A stretch of DNA of 64,000 bases from an uncultured virus (IMG/VR IMGVR_UViG_3300049846_000440). Its lineage: Duplodnaviria; Heunggongvirae; Uroviricota; Caudoviricetes. The notes beneath the pieces were generated by a model, which saw only the letters and a list, made by a program, of their open reading frames with translations, ran no database searches and was not told the DNA's origin. Positions 58,186 to 64,000 of this stretch are shown piece after piece. The first letter of the stretch is position 1. Each line of letters starts with the position of its first letter. A program made the position numbers and the translations under genes. The stretch is taken from the IMG/VR virus record IMGVR_UViG_3300049846_000440, one strand, 5' to 3'.

Positions 58186-59520
58186 TTACCGTTTGACCTT
58201 GACCACGGTTCCGAACGTGGGCTTGAATTTGCAGTTCCCCCACTGAACCCAGACAGTTGGGATGCCGGGATCGGAAGGAGGAAACACCCCGTCCAAGTCG
58301 GTCAGGTACACGATCACCTTGGCATCTGGTACACGGCCACGCACGTGATCGAACACGGGACGGAAGTCCGTGCCACCACCTCCGACAGGGTGGGCTTCCA
58401 CGGTGTCGCCCTTCTCAAACACGTCCACTCGGTGGATGCGGTCGTCGCAGTAGATGACGTGCAGGCGTTGAGGTTGCAGGGTTTCCATGCACTCCGCAGC
58501 TTCGACCATGAACTCCTTGAGAAGCCTATCGTCAACGGAACCTGAGGTATCGATGGCGAAGACGATATCCCCAGCGGCATCCTCAGAATGCATGGACGGC
58601 AGATAGATCCCACTCCCGATGAACCTGCGGTCGGGCCGCTGCCAGTCGTAATCGTTGTTCGCAAGTTCGGTCAGGTACTGGCGAAGGAGTTCCTGCCAAG
58701 GGGTCTCGGCGGGTTTGACTGCCTCGGCTACAAACCGCTTGGCGAAGGCACTGCCCTTGCCGATCTGCTGCGCGGAGATTGCCGCCTGCACCACGGCATT
58801 GGCCCAGTCCTGCTCCTTGTTCCCGGACTGTTCCCCCGGCTTGGATTTGCGGGGAGGTTGGAAGTCTCCGGTCGGGCAGGAGTCGTTGGTCTTGGTGCGC
58901 TTAGGCTGCCCTTCCTTACCGTCTCCGTCCTTGTCGTCCTTACCGTCTCCGTCCTTGCCATCGTCCTTACCGTCTCCGCCTCCGTCCTTGTCGTCATTAC
59001 TGTCCCCGTCCTTGTCGTCCTTACCGTCTCCGTCATTGCCACCACCCCCGCCCCTGTCCCCACCGCTGTCTCCGCCTTCGGGGGAAGGATTAGGACTGTC
59101 CTGCTGCTGCGCTTTGCGGGACATGAGTACACCGTAGACTTCTTCCAAGGACTTGGAAGCCAGCGCAGGATCGCGCACTGCCCCATCGGGCAAGGGGAAC
59201 GGGTTGTCGTTCGCCGCGTTGTACTCGTCGATCATTCCGTTGACGATGATGTCAGCGGCTTCATTGGCAGTGGCATGGTCCATCTCGGATACACGCCAGT
59301 TGTGTCCGAGGGCTGGGTGCATCACCTCATGTACGAGAACCGCACGGAGTTGCTCGTCAGGCAGACTGTCTGCGTACTGAGAGTTGACCCAGAGGGTCTC
59401 GCCATCGGTGGACAGGGTCTTGATGTTGGAGTTCTCCACCACGTTCATGCGCATGAGAAGCGCACCGAAGAACGGATGGTCGAGGACCACCCGGATTTTT
59501 TGTTTCTCTAGTCTGTTCAT
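58186..59520 (-). CDS. DUF2201-type metallopeptidase + vWA domain protein
   Basis: HPFFGALL, STDG, HEVMH (HExxH), acidic Gly/Asp linker, WQRPDRR, MIDAS DTSGS, GGGGTDFRP, YLTD; start ATG 59520. Confidence 0.9.
   Translation of the reverse strand: MNRLEKQKIRVVLDHPFFGALLMRMNVVENSNIKTLSTDGETLWVNSQYADSLPDEQLRAVLVHEVMHPALGHNWRVSEMDHATANEAADIIVNGMIDEYNAANDNPFPLPDGAVRDPALASKSLEEVYGVLMSRKAQQQDSPNPSPEGGDSGGDRGGGGGNDGDGKDDKDGDSNDDKDGGGDGKDDGKDGDGKDDKDGDGKEGQPKRTKTNDSCPTGDFQPPRKSKPGEQSGNKEQDWANAVVQAAISAQQIGKGSAFAKRFVAEAVKPAETPWQELLRQYLTELANNDYDWQRPDRRFIGSGIYLPSMHSEDAAGDIVFAIDTSGSVDDRLLKEFMVEAAECMETLQPQRLHVIYCDDRIHRVDVFEKGDTVEAHPVGGGGTDFRPVFDHVRGRVPDAKVIVYLTDLDGVFPPSDPGIPTVWVQWGNCKFKPTFGTVVKVKR
58914..59035 (-). 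repeat. in-frame imperfect tandem repeats encoding the DGDGKDDK linker
   Basis: CCGTCCTTGTCGTCCTTACCGTCT-like units repeated several times. Confidence 0.75.
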
Positions 59521-59541
59521 ACTGATTTGGTTTTGTGTTGG

Positions 59542-59598
59542 GCATCCCTGAAGGCTGCGCCCCCGGTTAGGAGGACGCAGGGATTCAGGGATGCAGGG
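59542..59598 (-). repeat. early-region hairpin motif, copy D
   Basis: GCATCCCTGAA-TCC-CTGCGTCCTC-loop-GGGGGCGCAG-CC-TTCAGGGATGC. Confidence 0.8.
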
Positions 59599-59603
59599 TT
59601 TGG

Positions 59604-60605
59604 TTAGCCAATGATTACGCCCTGATTCTTCGCGAACCACTTGATGAAGTCGGTCGTCTGCTGGATCTCCTTGCACTTGGCAAGGCCCGCCTTGACGGCA
59701 AAGACTTCAAAGTCCTTGGGCATACGAGCGAGGTACCGGGAGATGATCCCGAAGGACTTCTCGTTCATCCGACTAATAAGTCCCGCCGCGACGGCGTACC
59801 GCTCGTCCGGCTTGGTCGGAACGTCTGCGCCATCAGGATCGAGCATGATAGCGTTGATCGAAGGTACGCGCCCGTGTACCTGAAGGAAGCCGTTAAACTC
59901 CAACGCCGCTGCCTGACCAACGATACCCGTCAGGATGGTAGCCGTATGCTCCGAGCCAGAGGAGGCGCGAATGTATTTGCTGACCATCTCCCAAGACCGG
60001 GGTGAAGGGAAGGCGGAGTACCCATCCCACTTGGCACCATCGAACTGGGAAAGGAGTTCGGGGCGGAACTGGATGAAGGCGACAACTCGGGGGTCAACCG
60101 CACCGGAGGCGAAAGCCCACTCGGTCCAGTCGTCAACGGACGGGGCGAGGGTGATCAGCACCAGACGGTTGATCACGGCACTGCTCATGCGTTCCACGTG
60201 CGCCTTGTCAACGGCACGGTTTCCGGTGACGGACAACAACGTACCTTCCGGCACCTTGTACTCTCCGATGCACCGTTCTAAGGTCAATTGCAACGCGGCA
60301 ATCTGGACCGCACGAGGAGCGCACGGAAGTTCTTCCAACGTCCAGACCGAGGACTCGGTCGGGTACTCCGCCGGGATGGCGTAGTTCATCTCGCCCTTCT
60401 GGAGGTAGGGCAAGCCGCGCACGTCAGTCGGTGCGCTATAAGCAAGCCGCGTGTCCACGTGGGGCAGACCAACGGACTCCGCGTACTGGCGGAAGATCGA
60501 GGACTTGCCAATGCCCGGAGCGGACATGACGTAGGGTACCAACCCAGCCTTGTGGAAAGCGGGGAGTTCGGAGAGGAGTTGCTTAGGAGTGAGTGTGAGG
60601 TTCAT
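59604..60605 (-). CDS. MoxR-like AAA+ ATPase
   Basis: APGIGKS, DVRGLP, LEELP, SVTGN, MSSAVINRL, FPSPRSWE; start ATG 60605. Confidence 0.9.
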   Translation of the reverse strand: MNLTLTPKQLLSELPAFHKAGLVPYVMSAPGIGKSSIFRQYAESVGLPHVDTRLAYSAPTDVRGLPYLQKGEMNYAIPAEYPTESSVWTLEELPCAPRAVQIAALQLTLERCIGEYKVPEGTLLSVTGNRAVDKAHVERMSSAVINRLVLITLAPSVDDWTEWAFASGAVDPRVVAFIQFRPELLSQFDGAKWDGYSAFPSPRSWEMVSKYIRASSGSEHTATILTGIVGQAAALEFNGFLQVHGRVPSINAIMLDPDGADVPTKPDERYAVAAGLISRMNEKSFGIISRYLARMPKDFEVFAVKAGLAKCKEIQQTTDFIKWFAKNQGVIIG

Positions 60606-60740
60606 ACTGATTTTTCTTTCTTGGTTACTGCATACCGAGGTTTGTGTTTGCCCCGGCATCTGGTCGGACTCCGTTGTGGAGTCCTACAAAACCAGACTAC
60701 TGCCCTCCCCCGTAGAAGAGGACAGTGTGTCTAGCCTTGG

Positions 60741-61610
60741 TTACGCCAAGCCCATCGAACGCAGGATGGCGTCCGCATCGGTGACGACCTCCTTCCGCAC
60801 GGCCTCATCGTCTTTGATGGTGTCGATCTCCCACCTCGCTACCCGTGCGAGCGTCTCGTTCTTGATCTGCTCGATCTCTGGGTCATCGTGAATATTCAAC
60901 GCAGGGATCAGGCGGCAGATGTCGCGCACCCCTTCGATCAGGGTGCCGTGCAGACGCTTCCCTTCCCCGCCCGAGGCGTCGAAGTCTTTGAGCTTCTTGC
61001 TCAGGTGCCCAACCTTGGCACCGAGACGAGCGTAGATATCCCGTTTGATGACCGTCTCATGGTTCTTCAACTCGGCTTCGTACTGAGCCTTCATCTCGTC
61101 AACGATATCGTTGTTGAGTTTTAGCCTGAAGTCTTCGGACTCTGGCAGTGGAGTGAAGACAACACTTACCCCGTACTTCTGACGCACCTGCTCGGCTGTC
61201 GGGTAGTCGTTGGGGTTGAACATTGCCCCGAGGCGGAGCTTTGCCTCGGCAATGTATCCATCGTAAGCGGTGTCATTGAACTGCTGCGTCACCAGCGCAG
61301 CGTACTCTCCCCTCAACTGCCGCATCTTGTCGGCGTACTCCTGCTGCAACTCAGCAGGGAGAATCCGCGCGCCCTCGTCTAGCCAAGGTGACGTGAGGTT
61401 GTAGTGGAAGCGGCGGATGTTCTGGCTCATTGCCTGCAACGGACGATACGCGGCTTCCGGCAACACGTTCTTCTTGAAAGCCCCGGCATCGCTGGCAGCG
61501 GCCTTGGCAAGGATGACCTCGCTTGTGACCTGCTTGTCGGTCTTGCTGGGAATCCAGCAGGAGATGCGGAGGGACACGAGAACGGCTTTGTTACTGATTT
61601 GGGTTTGCAT
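60741..61610 (-). CDS. DUF3150-like protein
   Basis: VLVSLRISCW...PWLDEGARILP...FNPNDYP; upstream of the MoxR/vWA pair. Confidence 0.6.
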   Translation of the reverse strand: MQTQISNKAVLVSLRISCWIPSKTDKQVTSEVILAKAAASDAGAFKKNVLPEAAYRPLQAMSQNIRRFHYNLTSPWLDEGARILPAELQQEYADKMRQLRGEYAALVTQQFNDTAYDGYIAEAKLRLGAMFNPNDYPTAEQVRQKYGVSVVFTPLPESEDFRLKLNNDIVDEMKAQYEAELKNHETVIKRDIYARLGAKVGHLSKKLKDFDASGGEGKRLHGTLIEGVRDICRLIPALNIHDDPEIEQIKNETLARVARWEIDTIKDDEAVRKEVVTDADAILRSMGLA

Positions 61611-61718
61611 GGTTTAGTTTTGATTGACTGAATTGATACTGCATTTTGTGTTTTATCTTACTGAACAGAACAAGTCAACCGCTATTCTATACAGTAAGAT
61701 TCAGGTGCGGATTGCACT

Positions 61719-61768
61719 CCTGAAGGCTGCACCCCTGAGTGTTTGATTCAGGGATGCAGGGATTCAGG
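61719..61768 (-). repeat. early-region hairpin motif, copy C
   Basis: CCTGAA-TCC-CTGCATCCCTGA-loop-TCAGGGGTGCAG-CC-TTCAGG. Confidence 0.8.
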
Positions 61769-62300
61769 CTTGCAGGGTACGCTTGACGGACTCCACGAGG
61801 TCCATCGGCCCGTCCTGCCGTTGTAACGAGCGCAGGTTCACCTCTACGGGATCGTTGTCGAGGAACGTATCGTCGAGGGGATCTTCCCCTGTCCTTACGA
61901 CGTGGATTGAGTAGAGATACCCGTGTAGGATTGAGTAGTAGCAATGGTGCATGGCATTCCAGAACTGGAATTCGTCCAAGTCGCGCTCAGACAACGGTTC
62001 CCCTTGCTTGCGCTCAATCCGGCAATTCGAATCCCAATTACAATCCGCATCTACTGCCATAAACTCGACCCACTCGACTCCATCCGCATCCCTTCCCATA
62101 TTAAGTGAGTGTGCCTTCTTATACCACTCGCCACTATCATCGTAGTACACCCAGTCCCCGGCCTCAGACGCATCCCATTTGAACTTCCCTTCTGGCGAAT
62201 GTTCAAACAGTTCCTCCCACGTTCCGGAGAACTTAGCAGGGTTCTGTTCGATCATTCGAATGGCGTTTCTAACTTCTGATTCTAGTTTGTTTAGGTTCAT
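61764..62300 (-). CDS. acidic hypothetical early protein (178 aa)
   Basis: AAACCAAC-ATG leader; Asp/Glu/Trp-rich. Confidence 0.75.
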   Translation of the reverse strand: MNLNKLESEVRNAIRMIEQNPAKFSGTWEELFEHSPEGKFKWDASEAGDWVYYDDSGEWYKKAHSLNMGRDADGVEWVEFMAVDADCNWDSNCRIERKQGEPLSERDLDEFQFWNAMHHCYYSILHGYLYSIHVVRTGEDPLDDTFLDNDPVEVNLRSLQRQDGPMDLVESVKRTLQA

Positions 62301-62314
62301 GTTGGTTTGTTGGT

Positions 62315-62638
62315 TTATGCTGCGTAGATTGCGGTGGCCCAGCTAGTCAGGCCCACTGAGTAGAAGCCATGCTTCTCCAAGTGGGTGTTCATCTTCCCGA
62401 AGAGGGGACTCTCGTAGTTCCGATTGAATACCGGAGCAAGGTCGCCCCCGTCATGCACGACAATAAGGACTGCGCCGCCTCCATGCGTCTCACCCATCGT
62501 CTTCCATTCCTCGGGGGTGTAGAATGCACGGCAACCTCCGGTGTTGGTGAGTTTGCGTTTACGGAGGAAGGACATGATCGCCTTGTGGGCTTTCTCCCCA
62601 GCCTCAAATTTGAACGGGTTTTCTAAGTCGATGTTCAT
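62315..62638 (-). CDS. hypothetical early protein
   Basis: AAACCAAC-ATG leader. Confidence 0.75.
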   Translation of the reverse strand: MNIDLENPFKFEAGEKAHKAIMSFLRKRKLTNTGGCRAFYTPEEWKTMGETHGGGAVLIVVHDGGDLAPVFNRNYESPLFGKMNTHLEKHGFYSVGLTSWATAIYAA

Positions 62639-62644
62639 GTTGGT

Positions 62645-62736
62645 TTGTTGGTTTGTGTTGCTCAGTCTTAAATCATAATGAGATAAGCACTGAAGACTGC
62701 ACCCCCGATGATCAAGTCAGGGGTGCAGGGTTTCAG
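62645..62736 (-). repeat. ~90-bp intergenic repeat: hairpin motif copy B + palindrome + leader
   Basis: Near-identical to 63128-63216 except for the apical loop. Confidence 0.9.
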
Positions 62737-63125
62737 TTCTCGGTGGACTTGGTTGGCAGCCCGCTCACGTCAGACGGTGAGGCGGAGTCCAGCCGAACGT
62801 CAACGCAGGGCAACCCAGCGGACTCTGCGTACTGGCGGACGATATAGGACTTGGATGGGGTTGGGGTAAACGTGGCGAGGAAGTAGTGTTGGTACTCGTC
62901 AGAGTTGAAGGCGGGGCCAATTAGTTCCTCGCAAAGAACCATGTTGGCGTACTGCCAAGCCGCGTACCAGTGAGCGGACTCCGCTTCGTATGAGTAGGGA
63001 TAGGTCTTGCTACCTTTCGGTCCGGTCACCTTGATCCTCGCGCCCTTGGTGTCGGTAGCGGGGAGATACTTGGTCTTGATAAGTTGGCTAAGTTGCATTG
63101 GCGTTCTGATTTCTTCGGTGTTCAT
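62733..63125 (-). CDS. early protein with a C-terminal fragment homologous to the MoxR ATPase
   Basis: IKTKYLPATDTKGARIK N-terminus; C-terminal KSYIVRQYAESAGLPCVDVRL...DVSGLP. Confidence 0.75.
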   Translation of the reverse strand: MNTEEIRTPMQLSQLIKTKYLPATDTKGARIKVTGPKGSKTYPYSYEAESAHWYAAWQYANMVLCEELIGPAFNSDEYQHYFLATFTPTPSKSYIVRQYAESAGLPCVDVRLDSASPSDVSGLPTKSTEN

Positions 63126-63127
63126 AT

Positions 63128-63216
63128 GTTGGTTTGTGTTACTCAGTCTTAACTCATAATGAGATAAGCACTGAAGACTGCACCTCTGAGAGATTCAGGG
63201 GTGCAGGGATTCAGGG
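63128..63216 (-). repeat. ~90-bp intergenic repeat: hairpin motif copy A + palindrome + leader
   Basis: Near-identical to 62645-62736. Confidence 0.9.
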
Positions 63217-63217
63217 C

Positions 63218-64000
63218 TTAGTGAATGCCGATGGCAATGGGGATGCCGTCAAACCGCCGGGAACCGCAGGCGTGGTTCCCATTCGCGCAGAACCCGCACA
63301 AGCCGGGGCAGACGAACACTTTAGGGTAGCCCTGCGCGGCGGCGGATTCCCGCACCGCTTTCTGATAGGCGGCCCATGCTTCAGGGCTTTCCACTTCCCC
63401 GGTTTTCGCGTCCCGCTTCGGGGCTTTGACTGCGGCCTTGAAGGCGAGGAACTCCCCGCGAACGCATGGCAACGCCTTCATGCGGTCCCGCATCTCCTTC
63501 CCGTAGCGGGAACCCCCGGAGAGGTTGAGCGTATAGTTCGGGGCGAACTCCCCCTTGTAGGCAAGGAAGAGTTCCCAGCTTTTGCTGTACCCATAAACCC
63601 GCAAGTCGGGGCGATTGGCGCAGAGACGCTGCCAGTACTCCAGAACGGGGGCGGATTCAATATCCCCGTCAACGTACAGGCGAACCGTTCCGGCGGGGAG
63701 AATATCCCACGCCTCCGCCACCTTCGCACGCCCCTTCTCCGAGCGGAGCATGAGCGTGTTTTGTAACTGGCGGAAGAAGGCGTCTGGATACCGGAACGCC
63801 CGGAGCGAATAGCACCAGACCTTGCAAGCCCCAGCTCCGGGGCAGGTCACCAAAGGCAGGGCAGAGAATGCCCAGAAGGGTAACTTACCATTACCCTTCA
63901 CAAAGACGGAGAAGCGGGGCTTCCCGTCCTGAAGGAAGGCAAGGAATTTCTGGGCGGCTTTCTTCCATCCCGGCTTTACTCCCCGCCGAAGGAAGAGGGC
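63218..64000 (-). CDS. GP88-like (radical-SAM-related Cys-cluster) protein, 5' end beyond the window
   Basis: GNGKL...LPLVTCPGAGACKVWCY, VRLYVDGDI, YGYSK, LNLS, CPGLCGFC..C; frame stays open to base 64000. Confidence 0.75.
   Translation of the reverse strand, partial: ALFLRRGVKPGWKKAAQKFLAFLQDGKPRFSVFVKGNGKLPFWAFSALPLVTCPGAGACKVWCYSLRAFRYPDAFFRQLQNTLMLRSEKGRAKVAEAWDILPAGTVRLYVDGDIESAPVLEYWQRLCANRPDLRVYGYSKSWELFLAYKGEFAPNYTLNLSGGSRYGKEMRDRMKALPCVRGEFLAFKAAVKAPKRDAKTGEVESPEAWAAYQKAVRESAAAQGYPKVFVCPGLCGFCANGNHACGSRRFDGIPIAIGIH

Noticed and set aside
58588..59511. 307-aa and 160-aa plus-strand ORFs opposite the vWA gene
   Set aside because: Shadows of the repetitive Gly/Asp linker and GC-rich codons.
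59542..63216. Early-region repeats as a CRISPR array
   Set aside because: Copies are separated by whole genes, not 30-40-bp spacers, and no cas operon is present; the Cas4-like domain belongs to the replication module.
1..64000. Alternative genetic code or stop-codon recoding
   Set aside because: Genes are full length under the standard code, all three stops are used, and no suppressor tRNA is present.

Overview
The window is most of one ~64+ kb tailed dsDNA bacteriophage genome (Caudoviricetes). It is probably podovirus-like (no tape-measure or tail-tube gene recognised; very large internal-virion proteins instead) and possibly temperate (tyrosine integrase). No host genes are visible. Layout: (i) a short non-coding control/origin-like region at ~590-1220; (ii) a leftward replication/recombination block at 1222-17932 (primase-helicase, many small ORFs, Lar, MazG-like, family A DNA polymerase, DUF1599, SSB-like protein, SNF2-helicase/Cas4-like nuclease fusion, tRNA with CAU anticodon, RuvC-like resolvase, integrase); (iii) a rightward late block at 17995-55546 (terminase, portal, scaffold, capsid, fibres, holin/spanins/CHAP endolysin, glycosyltransferase, tail and internal proteins, a 3456-aa polyvalent protein); (iv) a leftward early block at 55543-64000 (vWA/peptidase + MoxR AAA+ + DUF3150-like module, GP88-like gene cut by the window edge) whose spacers carry repeated hairpins. 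A palindrome shared by both window ends suggests the genome is circular or permuted and continues across the edges. Top observations: a 320-aa intein in the DNA polymerase with a complete HNH-type endonuclease gene hidden inside it in the +1 reading frame; a four-copy hairpin motif punctuating the early genes; a possible sigma-70-like domain inside the giant virion protein; structured RNA leaders before the polymerase and capsid genes. All family assignments are from motif recognition by eye, not database searches.
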